From an uncultured Alphaproteobacteria bacterium (GTDB taxonomy: Bacteria > Pseudomonadota > Alphaproteobacteria > RF32 > CAG-239), in the NCBI GenBank assembly GCA_934271195.1, contig CAKQRB010000052.1:4352-68351 (forward strand): a DNA stretch of 64,000 bases, given 5' to 3'. How positions within the stretch are numbered: position 1 is the stretch's first letter; the number at the start of each line of letters is the position of its first letter. Made by a program: the position numbers and the translations under genes. Shown in pieces: positions 38,618 to 47,650 of the stretch. Below the pieces are notes generated by a model. The model saw nothing but the letters and a program-made list of their open reading frames with translations, searched no databases and was not told where the DNA came from.

Positions 38618-38851
38618 CTAAGCATTCTTAGAAAGATAATCGATAGCATCTTTAACAGTAAGAATTTTTTCAGCGGCCTCATCAGGAATTTCGCAACCGA
38701 ATTCTTCTTCAAAAGCCATAACCAATTCTACTGTATCCAAGCTATCTGCGCCCAAATCGTCAATGAAGCTTGCTGTGTCAGTTACTTTAGCCTCTTCAAC
38801 GCCGAGGTGTTCGGCAACGATTTTCTTAACGCGATTAGCTGTATCAGTCAT
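38618..38851 (-). CDS. acpP: Acyl carrier protein
   Basis: 77 aa ([63 protein letters not shown]…). Canonical AcpP. Confidence 0.95.
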   Translation of the reverse strand: MTDTANRVKKIVAEHLGVEEAKVTDTASFIDDLGADSLDTVELVMAFEEEFGCEIPDEAAEKILTVKDAIDYLSKNA

Positions 38852-39151
38852 ATGATAAACCTCAAAAAATATTAAAACAAATTAATCAAACCACCAAGCG
38901 GCCTGTGATTGATTTGTTAGCACAGAAAATCCCAATTTGGCAAGCATTATTTTTTTCAATACGCCAAAACGGGGCATAACCTGCGTCCCAACATACGAAA
39001 AACCCGTAAAATCAGCCATTTTTAAAGGGGATAAAATTTTGCTGTTTCTTAGTTTTACGCACAACTTTAGACTAAAACAAAGAACAAAAATACGCTCAAT
39101 ACGCTAAGTTTTTTATGATTCGTTCTTTGCTTCCGCCTTTCCAACAAATAA

Positions 39152-39184
39152 CAAAAAAAGGCGCTTAACAACGGCGCCTTTTTC
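39152..39184. terminator. Rho-independent terminator (bidirectional) downstream of rpmJ
   Basis: AAAAAAAGGCGC-ttaacaacg-GCGCCTTTTT. The A-run and T-run flank the stem, so it is usable on both strands. Confidence 0.7.
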
Positions 39185-39213
39185 AAAAATCTGTCTGTTC
39201 GTTCAACAAGCAA

Positions 39214-39339
39214 TTAACCCTGACGGGCTTTCAGCTTCGGGTTTTTCTTGTTAATAACATATACGCGGCCTTTCCGGCGAACAACTTTGCAGTCTTTATC
39301 ACGTACTTTTTTCGACTTCAATGAGCTGTAAACTTTCAT
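39214..39339 (-). CDS. rpmJ: 50S ribosomal protein L36 (bL36)
   Basis: 41-aa [44 protein letters not shown] preceded by SD AAGGAAAG. The ORF track shows it only as the tail of an 87-aa ORF. Matches the bL36 pattern (MKVR-S-K…RRGRVYVI…KQRQG). Confidence 0.8.
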   Translation of the reverse strand: MKVYSSLKSKKVRDKDCKVVRRKGRVYVINKKNPKLKARQG

Positions 39340-39488
39340 TTCTCTTTCCTTATACGAAGTGTTTGCCCGCAACTTATGCCAATTATTCTGCTTTGTCAAC
39401 CAAAATTTATACAAATTCTGAAAAAAGATTTTGCAAAAGCAAATATTTTTACTATAATCGGCACAAATCCGCAACACAGGAAAGAAAA

Positions 39489-40112
39489 ATGAAGAAGATT
39501 CTATTGTTTGGTTCTGCCTTTTTTTTGTCTGTCGGCAGCGCTCTTGCCCAACTCCCTTATATGGAAGAAGTCAAGGCTCTTGGAGCCATCGGCGGTCAGG
39601 GCATGGCGTGCGGTTCCACGCGCTATGCCACTTATGAAATGTTGGCCCGCGCCATTATGCTGACCAAAGCGCCGAATGTTGAGATTATGAATCAGGGAAT
39701 TTATGCTTACAGCGAAGCCAAAGCCGATGCTTATATTTCCAAACAGCTTGACGGCTTCTACGAATGCCCGCTGATTGTCCGCCGCTTTGACAATCAGGAA
39801 ATATTCAACATCACATTATATGCGGACGGCACCTTAAAAATGCCTGACGGCAAAATCATCAAACCTTTCCGCCCTTATGACGCTTCTCAAATTTATGACA
39901 CAAGCGCTCCCGAAATCGGTGCCGCACAAAACATTTATACCGAAAAACAACGCAAAATCAATTCTCAGCAACTCAAGCCGCAAATCACGTCTCTCAAACC
40001 GGAAGCCCGCCCTCGTTATGAAAACGCCGTTTCAAACGCCGGCACAACAGCACCGCGGACAGCTTCGGCGCCCCAGCCGTCAGGCATCAAACGCATCAGC
40101 CGCCGGCAATAA
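39489..40112 (+). CDS. Secreted hypothetical protein with a Pro/Ala-rich C-terminal tail
   Basis: Signal peptide [21 protein letters not shown]. Start set at that Met (the ORF track starts upstream, inside the rpmJ complement). Confidence 0.5.
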   Translation: MKKILLFGSAFFLSVGSALAQLPYMEEVKALGAIGGQGMACGSTRYATYEMLARAIMLTKAPNVEIMNQGIYAYSEAKADAYISKQLDGFYECPLIVRRFDNQEIFNITLYADGTLKMPDGKIIKPFRPYDASQIYDTSAPEIGAAQNIYTEKQRKINSQQLKPQITSLKPEARPRYENAVSNAGTTAPRTASAPQPSGIKRISRRQ

Positions 40113-40188
40113 ATAACTTCGCTTGCAAAATCAAAACTTTTCGTTATACTTGGCTCCAATTAAAACTTTTAACCGGAGAAATAAAAAT

Positions 40189-41868
40189 ATGGCTTCTTAC
40201 CAATATATTTTCGTAATGCAAAACCTGACCAAAGTCTTTCCCGGCGGCAAAGAGCTTTTCAAAGGCATCACTTTGTCCTTTCTGCCCGGTGCCAAAATCG
40301 GCGTTTTGGGCGTTAACGGCGCCGGAAAATCGACTTTGCTGAAAATTATGGCCGGAGTCGATAAAGACTTTAACGGCGAGGCTTGGGCTGCTGAAGGCGC
40401 CCGCGTCGGCTATCTTGAACAAGAGCCTAAACTTGACCCGTCAAAAAACGTGATTGAAAACATCATGGACGGCTTGGGAGAAACAAGAGACCTATTAAAA
40501 CGCTTTGAAGAAGTTTCCGCAAAATTTGCCGAGCCGATGAGCGATGAAGAAATGAATGCCTTGATCGAAGAGCAGGCAGCCCTGCAGGAAAAAATCGACG
40601 CCTGCAACGGCTGGGATTTTGAACGGACAATTGAAATCGCCATGGATGCCCTGCGCTGCCCGCCGGCCGATTCCGACGTCACCAAACTTTCTGGCGGAGA
40701 AAAACGCCGTGTCGCCCTCTGCCGCCTGCTGCTGCAAAAACCGGATATGCTGCTGCTCGACGAACCGACCAACCATCTGGATGCCGAGTCCGTGGCTTGG
40801 CTGGAAAAACATCTGCAAAATTATAACGGAACCGTTGTCATGGTGACGCACGACCGCTATTTTCTTGACAACGTTACCGGCTGGATTCTGGAGCTTGACC
40901 GCGGACAGGGAATCCCTTATGAAGGCAACTATTCTTCCTGGCTGGAACAAAAACAAAAACGTCTGGAACAAGAATCCCGAGAAGAGACAGCCCGTCAGAA
41001 AACACTGGCCAATGAGTTGGAATGGATTCAGAAAAATCCTAAAGCCCGTCAGGCAAAATCCAAAGCCCGTATTAACGCTTATGAAGAACTTCTGGCGCAA
41101 TCCGGCAAAGACAAGCTCTCTTTTGCCAGCATCAATATCCCGATGACCGACCGTCTGGGCGATTTGGTTATTGAAGCCAATGGCATTTCCAAAGGCTACG
41201 GCGACAAACTGCTGATTGACAACCTTTCTTTCAAAATTCCAAAAGGTGCGATTGTCGGCATCATTGGCCCGAACGGCGCCGGCAAAACCACATTGTTCCG
41301 CATGATAACCGGTCAGGAGAAGCCGGATTCGGGAACAATCCGCCTTGGTGAAACTGTCGACCTCGGCTACGTGGACCAATCCCGCGACGAACTTAATGCC
41401 GGCAAAACCGTCTGGGAAGAAATTTCCGACGGCCTTGATATGATCCAGCTCGGCAAGAAAGAAATGCCATCCCGCGCCTATGTCGGACAATTTAACTTCA
41501 AAGGTGCTGACCAGCAAAAGAAAGTCGGACAGCTTTCCGGCGGAGAAAGAAATCGAGTCCATCTGGCTAAAATGCTCAAAAAAGGTGCCAACGTCATTCT
41601 GCTTGACGAACCGACCAACGACTTGGATGTCGACACACTCAGAGCTTTGGAAGAAGGTATTATGGAATATCCCGGCTGCGTTTTGGTAACCTCGCACGAC
41701 CGCTGGTTTTTAGACCGGCTGGCAACCCATATTCTGGCCTATGAAGGCGACAGTAACGTTGTCTGGTTTGAAGGCAACTTCGAGGAATATGAGAAAGACA
41801 AAAAACGCCGTCTCGGCGAAGATGCCGCCAATCCGCACCGGATTAAATATAAACCGTTAATTCGCTAA
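40189..41868 (+). CDS. ettA: ABC-F translational throttle ATPase EttA
   Basis: Two ABC cassettes (two Walker A GxNGAGKST, two LSGGE signatures). N-terminus [56 protein letters not shown] is typical of EttA. Start moved to that Met. Confidence 0.85.
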   Translation: MASYQYIFVMQNLTKVFPGGKELFKGITLSFLPGAKIGVLGVNGAGKSTLLKIMAGVDKDFNGEAWAAEGARVGYLEQEPKLDPSKNVIENIMDGLGETRDLLKRFEEVSAKFAEPMSDEEMNALIEEQAALQEKIDACNGWDFERTIEIAMDALRCPPADSDVTKLSGGEKRRVALCRLLLQKPDMLLLDEPTNHLDAESVAWLEKHLQNYNGTVVMVTHDRYFLDNVTGWILELDRGQGIPYEGNYSSWLEQKQKRLEQESREETARQKTLANELEWIQKNPKARQAKSKARINAYEELLAQSGKDKLSFASINIPMTDRLGDLVIEANGISKGYGDKLLIDNLSFKIPKGAIVGIIGPNGAGKTTLFRMITGQEKPDSGTIRLGETVDLGYVDQSRDELNAGKTVWEEISDGLDMIQLGKKEMPSRAYVGQFNFKGADQQKKVGQLSGGERNRVHLAKMLKKGANVILLDEPTNDLDVDTLRALEEGIMEYPGCVLVTSHDRWFLDRLATHILAYEGDSNVVWFEGNFEEYEKDKKRRLGEDAANPHRIKYKPLIR

Positions 41869-41881
41869 CAGTGCTTTTCAT

Positions 41882-41914
41882 AAACGGGGTTTTAAATTAA
41901 ACCCCGTTTTTTTA
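41882..41914 (+). terminator. Rho-independent terminator of ettA
   Basis: AAACGGGGTTT-taaatt-AAACCCCGTTT followed by TTTTTT. Confidence 0.8.
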
Positions 41915-41924
41915 ACTCGACTTT

Positions 41925-42207
41925 CTGATATCCTCCCGCTCTTTCATTTTCCGCCTCTCGCCCCTCTTTCCTCTCCCGTTCCTGCATCACCACTCCTTCT
42001 TCTTTCCAATTTTGCCGCCTTTCCTCTTCACCTTCCAAGCTCTTTACTGCTCACACACCTCTTCTCTCATTCCTGTCTTTTTCCTTGCCCCACTTTCTCA
42101 TCACTTCCGTTTTTCTTTCTCTCTTTCCTTCTCATTCCTTTAGCCAAAATCCTCTCTGCTTTTCCTATTCTTCTGCCCAAAATTTCCACATTATTCTTCA
42201 TGAGTGT
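41925..42207 (+). repeat. Polypyrimidine (CT-rich) tract, copy 2 of the cassette
   Basis: About 280 bp CT-rich on the plus strand. The 3' roughly 100 bp and the downstream promoter/leader are near-identical to copy 1. Confidence 0.8.
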
Positions 42208-42236
42208 TTGACACTGGCGTTTCTTTATGATATACT
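42208..42236 (+). promoter_or_regulatory. Near-consensus sigma70 promoter of Cys-rich paralog 2
   Basis: TTGACA (42208-42213), 17-bp spacer ending in TGA, TATACT (42231-42236). Same SD GGGAGGAAG before the ATG at 42274. Confidence 0.75.
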
Positions 42237-42273
42237 GATCTCTTAGTATTGGAACTTTTTAGGGAGGAAGCCG

Positions 42274-43422
42274 ATGAAGAATACTAACACTATGCTACAC
42301 ATGAAACTAAACTCTGCGGTGTCAGTTTTTGCTGTTGCCGCAGCTTTCTCGGTCCTCCTCCCAACCTCCGCTTACTGTGGCGTTTGCTTCCTGCCAGACT
42401 GTGCTGATGATGATCTTGCCGGTGGCGGCGGAAACATGAATAAGAATGAAGATTCTGCTTTTTGTGAAAGCAACGGCTTCACCCACTATGCTGACGGCAA
42501 GTGTCCGCAATATTATGCCGATGCCGGAAAATGTTCCCGTGACGACCATTATCTTAAATGCGACGCCGCGAAGTGGTGTAAACAAAACGGATATAACACG
42601 ACCTCATGCTCCATTCCTCAATATGTTGACACTCCTTGTCCGAGTGACGATTCTCTTTACAAACAATGCAAGACTGACAATCCCCGCGCTTGTCAGGATA
42701 CAGGTTATACTAACTCTTGTCCTTCCGGTCAGAAGCTTAAAAAGAACTCCGGACGATGCTCTTATGATTCTTCTTACGGAACCTGTTGTAAACCGTCAGG
42801 TTGTCCCGCTTATACTTCTCTTGCCTCTACCAACTACGGAACTAACGGTACTGATGGCTGCGAATATACCTGTTATTACACCTGCAACATGAATTGTCCG
42901 TCTTCTTATCCTTATTCTTCTGATCCGACAGGTTGTTCCAACAGCACGACAAACGGATGCGGCAATAAGTCATGTTATAACTCCGTTTCATGTTGTAATC
43001 GCTACTCTTCAAACTGGTGTTCCGTTCACTCAACATGTCATGGTGACTGCTGTACTGACGGAACAATAAAACCTTGTGATACGCAATGCGGTGGCTCTGG
43101 ATGCAGCAGCTCAGGAGGAAGCTCAGGAGGGGGAGGCTGCTCAAAATACTATACTTGGCAAAGTGGACGCGTAAATGGAAACTCAGTTACATATACCTAT
43201 TCTGTTACCTGTCAATGCTCAGACGGTTCATCCCGTGACTTGGGAACAGAAACAACTTCTAGTGGTTGCTGGGATTGCGATTATTCTCATCTTTCTTGCA
43301 AAGCCGGCTGTGGTTCAAGCTGTTATCACCGCAATTCAGCCTATGCCGGTGCACCTTACTATCACTATATTGATTATTCAGGTGAAGACTATTGCAACTC
43401 CTACACCGGCGGTTCATGCTAA
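42274..43422 (+). CDS. Secreted hyper-cysteine-rich protein, paralog 2 (unknown function)
   Basis: 382 aa. Signal peptide and the first roughly 170 aa are about 85-90% identical to paralog 1. It has a single copy of the 37-aa CCNRYSSNWCSVHSTCHGDCC(T/S)DGTIKPCDTQCGGSGCS module, a Gly/Ser linker, and an unrelated Cys/Tyr-rich C-terminus. Confidence 0.85.
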   Translation: MKNTNTMLHMKLNSAVSVFAVAAAFSVLLPTSAYCGVCFLPDCADDDLAGGGGNMNKNEDSAFCESNGFTHYADGKCPQYYADAGKCSRDDHYLKCDAAKWCKQNGYNTTSCSIPQYVDTPCPSDDSLYKQCKTDNPRACQDTGYTNSCPSGQKLKKNSGRCSYDSSYGTCCKPSGCPAYTSLASTNYGTNGTDGCEYTCYYTCNMNCPSSYPYSSDPTGCSNSTTNGCGNKSCYNSVSCCNRYSSNWCSVHSTCHGDCCTDGTIKPCDTQCGGSGCSSSGGSSGGGGCSKYYTWQSGRVNGNSVTYTYSVTCQCSDGSSRDLGTETTSSGCWDCDYSHLSCKAGCGSSCYHRNSAYAGAPYYHYIDYSGEDYCNSYTGGSC

Positions 43423-43428
43423 TATCAA

Positions 43429-43459
43429 AGAGCTCTGCTTAATGCCAGAGCTTTTTTTT
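43429..43459 (+). terminator. Rho-independent terminator of Cys-rich paralog 2
   Basis: AGCTCTG-cttaatgc-CAGAGCT followed by TTTTTTTT, 7 nt after the stop. Confidence 0.75.
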
Positions 43460-43770
43460 GACAAAACAGCATTGACAAAAAAATCGTCAATATATAATAT
43501 ACATACATAAAACAAACATTATTAATCTTTAATTATTTTTTATTTATGAGAAAAAAACATAATTTTTTAAATTTCGGCTTTATTATTTTCATGCGCAAAT
43601 ACTTTTGCCTGATTAAACGAAAAAGATGTTCAAGGGTTCTGAAAAGGAACAATTTCCTGCCAAAATTCCGTCATCAAAAAAATCACCAGCATTTTTTATA
43701 AAAGATAATTTGCAGGCAGCTTATATTCGGCTGAAAAAAAGAATAAAAAAAAACATCTCTTTACTCAAAG

Positions 43771-43794
43771 ACGCCGGATTTCCGGCGTTTTTTC
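43771..43794 (+). terminator. Orphan rho-independent terminator inside an AT-rich spacer
   Basis: ACGCCGG-att-tCCGGCGT followed by TTTTTT. It lies inside the listed 62-aa ORF (43626-43814), which argues that ORF is not coding. Confidence 0.5.
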
Positions 43795-43810
43795 TATATC
43801 TCGCTCAACC

Positions 43811-43839
43811 TTGACCCCATCATAAAAATATGCTATAAT
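43811..43839 (+). promoter_or_regulatory. Consensus-like sigma70 promoter for the 61-aa ORF
   Basis: TTGACC (43811-43816), 17-bp spacer, TATAAT (43834-43839). The SD AAGGA is about 8 nt before the ATG at 43873. Confidence 0.65.
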
Positions 43840-43872
43840 ACATCTTGGTTTGGACAGTAAAGGACGAAACAC

Positions 43873-44058
43873 ATGAGTATGAACATTTCATCAAATTACG
43901 GTTCTTATCCGCCAATAATAAATTCATCTCAATTAAGTGATATGAAAACCGCCCTTCAGGTTCAGGAAAAAATTGCTGAAACTGAAAAAAATACCCAACT
44001 TCAAACCGCCATTGCGGCAAGTGGCGCCAAAGGACAAATTGTCGACATCAGTATTTAG
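43873..44058 (+). CDS. Small hydrophilic hypothetical protein (61 aa)
   Basis: Complete single-gene unit with its own promoter, SD and terminator. Sequence: MSMNISSNYGSYPPIINSSQLSDMKTALQVQEKIAETEKNTQLQTAIAASGAKGQIVDISI. No family recognised. Confidence 0.5.
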   Translation: MSMNISSNYGSYPPIINSSQLSDMKTALQVQEKIAETEKNTQLQTAIAASGAKGQIVDISI

Positions 44059-44079
44059 AGTTTCAGGTCAGAACACCTA

Positions 44080-44110
44080 AAAAACCTCCGCTCAAACGGA
44101 GGTTTTTCTT
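44080..44110 (+). terminator. Rho-independent terminator of the 61-aa ORF
   Basis: AACCTCCG-ctcaaa-CGGAGGTT followed by TTTTCTT. Confidence 0.75.
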
Positions 44111-44115
44111 GATAC

Positions 44116-44150
44116 AAAAAGCGCCTGAATTTTGTCAGACGCTTTTTCTC
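44116..44150 (-). terminator. Rho-independent terminator for the minus-strand 82-aa ORF; its loop is shared with the ppdK terminator
   Basis: AAAAGCG-cctgaattttgtcaga-CGCTTTT with A/T runs on both sides. The loop contains GCGCCTGAATTTT, the same 13-mer seen at 44538-44550. Confidence 0.5.
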
Positions 44151-44177
44151 CAAATAATAACAATCAAAAAAAACTGA

Positions 44178-44426
44178 TTAATCCAGTTGCCACTCCCGCA
44201 TCAGAAGAATCTGCTCCGCCGTAAGGCCTGAACCTTTTTCACGAATATTTCGCAACAACAGCTTTTGCCTCTGCAGATTGCTCAGAATAACCTCTTTCGT
44301 TTCAATCCAAACAGGAAGTCCGCTATCAAGTTCATATACCACAACGTATTCCCCAAAATCTGCCAAAGCCTTTTCAACCTGAGATATATTTTCGTACATC
44401 TCTCTTAATTTTTCAAAATTATACAT
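44178..44426 (-). CDS. Hypothetical protein (82 aa)
   Basis: MYNFEKLREMYENISQVEKALADFGEYVVVYELDSGLPVWIETKEVILSNLQRQKLLLRNIREKGSGLTAEQILLMREWQLD. Flanked by terminator-like hairpins. No family recognised. Confidence 0.4.
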   Translation of the reverse strand: MYNFEKLREMYENISQVEKALADFGEYVVVYELDSGLPVWIETKEVILSNLQRQKLLLRNIREKGSGLTAEQILLMREWQLD

Positions 44427-44527
44427 AGCATTAACAATTAAAAATTACGCCCTCAAATATAAAGCGATTATCGCAGCCTGTCAAGCTACCAAACAGACAC
44501 TTTCTGCCGCCCTTTTCAAAATAGCCG

Positions 44528-44566
44528 ACAAAAAAAGGCGCCTGAATTTTCATTCAAACGCCTTTT
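44528..44566 (-). terminator. Rho-independent terminator of ppdK
   Basis: On the minus strand: AAAGGCG-tttgaatgaaaattcagg-CGCCTTT followed by TTTTTTT, about 25 nt after the ppdK stop. Confidence 0.7.
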
Positions 44567-44591
44567 GTTTTATTGCTTAAAACGAGCTAAA

Positions 44592-47273
44592 TTAAGCACA
44601 TTTGCAGCAGGTTTTCTCAATCTTTTCGCCTTTATGACGAACAGCAGCCTGAGCTGCGGCCAGACGAGCTACCGGCACACGGTACGGAGAGCAAGAAACA
44701 TAGTTCATGCCGCAAGTCTGGAAGAAATCGATAGATGCCGGATCACCACCGTGTTCACCGCAAACACCCAACCAGATATGCGGGTTAGAGCTGCGGGCTT
44801 TTTCACAAGCCAGCTTAACCAAGCAGCCAACGCCTTCAACGTCAATAGATGCAAACGGATCTGCAACATAAACGCCGCGGGCACGGTATTCATCCAAGAT
44901 AGCACCGGTATCATCACGGCTCATACCCAAAGTTGTCTGAGTCAGGTCGTTTGTACCGAAACCGAAGAATTCGGCAGACTGAGCCAGCTCATCAGCCTTC
45001 AGGGCAGCACGCGGCAGTTCAATCATGGAACCGACTTCATACTTAATCTTCTTGCCTTTTTCGGCGAAGATTTTCTCGGCTGTGCTGTCAATAATAGCTT
45101 TAACAATGTCAAGCTCTTTCTTAGAACCTGTCAACGGAACTTCGATTTCCGGCAAAACTTTAATACCGGCATCGGCACATTCCATAGCGGCTTCCAGAAT
45201 AGCACGGGTTTGCATCTCGCAGATTTCCGGATAGGTAATCGGCAAACGGCAACCACGGTGACCCAACATCGGATTGGCTTCATGCAAAGCATTGGCACGT
45301 TGTTTAACTTTTTCCAAAGTCATGCCCATTTTGTCAGCCAGTTCTTGCATTTCGGCATCAGTATGCGGCAGGAATTCGTGCAAAGGCGGATCCAACAGGC
45401 GGATAACAACCGGCAGACCTTCCATGATTTTGAACAGATCTTTGAAGTCCTGCTTCTGATACGGCAACAGGCGAGCCAAAGCGGTGCGGCGGCCTTCTTC
45501 GTTTTCAGACAAAATCATCACGCGCATGTCAGGAATACGATCAGCGTCAAAGAACATATGTTCGGTACGAGCCAGACCAATACCCTGAGCACCAAAGTCA
45601 CGGGCTGTCTGAGCATCTTTCGGAGTTTCGGCATTGGCACGAACTTCCATTGTGCGGATTTCGTCAACCCAGCCCATCAATTTACCAAAGTTACCGGTAT
45701 TGGTATCGGCTTTAACCGTCGGAACCTGACCTTCGATAATCTGGCCTTTGGCACCGTCCAGAGATACCCAGTCGCCTTCTTTGACAACAACGCCTTTGTC
45801 AGTGGTCATAGTCTTTTTGGCATAGTCAATATGAATTTCATGAGAACCGGAAACGCACGGCGTACCCATACCGCGGGCAACAACGGCCGCGTGAGAGGTC
45901 ATACCGCCGCGGGCAGTAATAACGCCTTGGGAAGCATGCATGCCGCCGATGTCTTCCGGAGAAGTTTCATTACGGATAAGAATAACTTTCTCGCCTTTGG
46001 CAGCCCATGCCTCTGCATCTTCAGCGCTAAATACGGCACGACCGACAGCAGCGCCCGGAGAAGCAGGAAGACCTGTAGCAATAACGTTTTTCTTAGCTTT
46101 CGGATCCAACATCGGGTGCAAAAGCTGGTCAAGCTGATCAGCGCCAACACGCATAATAGCTTCTTCTTTGTTCAACAGGCCTTCTTCAACCATTTCTACA
46201 GCCATACGAACAGCAGCGGCTGCAGTACGTTTACCGTTACGGCACTGCAACATCCAAAGCTTGCCGTGCTCAATGGTGAATTCCATATCCTGCATGTCTT
46301 TGTAGTGTTTTTCCAGATTGTTACGAACATCAACCAGTTCCTGATACAGGTGCGGCCATTTTTCTTCCAGAGAAGTGCCATCGCCTTTAGAAGCCATCGG
46401 TTGCGGCGTACGAATACCGGCAACAACGTCTTCACCTTGAGCATTTACCAAATATTCGCCATAGTAAACATTTTCACCGGTAGCAGGGTCACGAGAGAAG
46501 CAAACGCCGGTAGCGCAGTCATCACCGGCATTACCAAACACCATGGTCTGTACGTTAACTGCTGTACCCCAGTCACCCGGAATATTGTTCAGTTTACGAT
46601 AAGTAATGGCACGATCAACCATCCAAGAACCAAATACGGCGCCGATACCGGCCCACAACTGATCCCACGGATCCTGCGGAACGATTTTGCCCAATTTCTG
46701 ACCGATAGCTTTGTACTGATTAACCAGTTCTTTCAAATCTTCAGCCGTCAAATCCGTATCAGATTTGTAACCTTTGGATTTTTTCATATTTTCCAAAGCT
46801 TCTTCATACAAATCCAAATCTGCACCCAAAACAACGTCGGAGAACATTTGCAGGAAACGACGATAAGAGTCGTAAGCAAATCTCTCAGAACCGGAAGCCT
46901 TGGCCAAAGCTTTAACTGTTTCATCATTCAAACCGAGATTCAAAACGGTATCCATCATACCCGGCATAGAAACACGGGCGCCGGAACGAACAGAGAAGAG
47001 CAACGGATTGTTGGCATCGGCAAATTTTTTGCCCATAATTTTCTCAACGCTGGCAACAGCTTCACGAACCTGATCTTTCAAATCAGACGGATAAGTTTTG
47101 TTATTGTTGTAATAATATGTACAAACTTCTGTCGTTACAGTAAATCCGGGAGGTACAGGCAAACCGACCTTGTTCATCTCAGCCAGGTTAGCGCCTTTAC
47201 CGCCAAGGAGGTTACGCATGCTGGCATCGCCTTCGGCTTTGCCGTCACCAAATGTATATACCCATTTACTCAT
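44592..47273 (-). CDS. ppdK: Pyruvate, phosphate dikinase
   Basis: 893 aa. PPDK N-terminal ATP-grasp region (MSKWVYTFGDGKAEGDASMRNLLGGKGANLAEM…), central phospho-His domain (…GGMTSHAAVVARGMG…) and C-terminal PEP-utilising TIM barrel. SD AAGGAG upstream. Confidence 0.95.
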   Translation of the reverse strand: MSKWVYTFGDGKAEGDASMRNLLGGKGANLAEMNKVGLPVPPGFTVTTEVCTYYYNNNKTYPSDLKDQVREAVASVEKIMGKKFADANNPLLFSVRSGARVSMPGMMDTVLNLGLNDETVKALAKASGSERFAYDSYRRFLQMFSDVVLGADLDLYEEALENMKKSKGYKSDTDLTAEDLKELVNQYKAIGQKLGKIVPQDPWDQLWAGIGAVFGSWMVDRAITYRKLNNIPGDWGTAVNVQTMVFGNAGDDCATGVCFSRDPATGENVYYGEYLVNAQGEDVVAGIRTPQPMASKGDGTSLEEKWPHLYQELVDVRNNLEKHYKDMQDMEFTIEHGKLWMLQCRNGKRTAAAAVRMAVEMVEEGLLNKEEAIMRVGADQLDQLLHPMLDPKAKKNVIATGLPASPGAAVGRAVFSAEDAEAWAAKGEKVILIRNETSPEDIGGMHASQGVITARGGMTSHAAVVARGMGTPCVSGSHEIHIDYAKKTMTTDKGVVVKEGDWVSLDGAKGQIIEGQVPTVKADTNTGNFGKLMGWVDEIRTMEVRANAETPKDAQTARDFGAQGIGLARTEHMFFDADRIPDMRVMILSENEEGRRTALARLLPYQKQDFKDLFKIMEGLPVVIRLLDPPLHEFLPHTDAEMQELADKMGMTLEKVKQRANALHEANPMLGHRGCRLPITYPEICEMQTRAILEAAMECADAGIKVLPEIEVPLTGSKKELDIVKAIIDSTAEKIFAEKGKKIKYEVGSMIELPRAALKADELAQSAEFFGFGTNDLTQTTLGMSRDDTGAILDEYRARGVYVADPFASIDVEGVGCLVKLACEKARSSNPHIWLGVCGEHGGDPASIDFFQTCGMNYVSCSPYRVPVARLAAAQAAVRHKGEKIEKTCCKCA

Positions 47274-47474
47274 GGTCTATTTAGCTCCTTAAGCTTATAA
47301 AGTTAAAATATAGTTGTATCAGAAATACAACCCGTTAAAGTTAAAAACTGCGTTGAATTTAGAACATTTCTGACGATTCTACAAGCAAAATTTTTGATTC
47401 GAAGATTTATACACAGATTCCGCCGATTCGACGGCATTACTCTTTTTAACATTCAACTTTCTCCTCTGTTTTAC

Positions 47475-47555
47475 CGCCTGCATGAGAAGAACTCAAATTT
47501 AGAAAGGTGTAGAATGAGACTAATAAGGCGGCTTTTAGCTGCGAGAAAAATTTTA
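47475..47555. repeat. 81-bp direct repeat, copy A (ppdK-pyk intergenic)
   Basis: CGCCTGCATGAGAAGAACTCAAATTTAGAAAGGTGTAGAATGAGACTAATAAGGCGGCTTTTAGCTGCGAGAAAAATTTTA, repeated with one mismatch at 47651-47731. Confidence 0.85.
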
Positions 47556-47650
47556 ACAACCGCTAAAATTTTAGAAGTTTGATAAAGCCCCCTGCTGCCG
47601 GTGAAGCAAAATTCGACGTGTACAACGTCCAGTACACGAGAATTTTGAAG

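Noticed and set aside
40495-41697. 400-aa minus-strand ORF
   Set aside because: It is antisense to ettA. The plus-strand frame has two complete ABC cassettes.
43626-43814. 62-aa plus-strand ORF
   Set aside because: A strong intrinsic terminator (43771-43794) lies inside it. It has no SD and is basic and low-complexity.
44565-47300. 911-aa plus-strand ORF
   Set aside because: It is an antisense shadow ORF of ppdK. The sequence is low-complexity (Phe/Asn/Thr rich) with no motifs, whereas the minus strand encodes a textbook PPDK.
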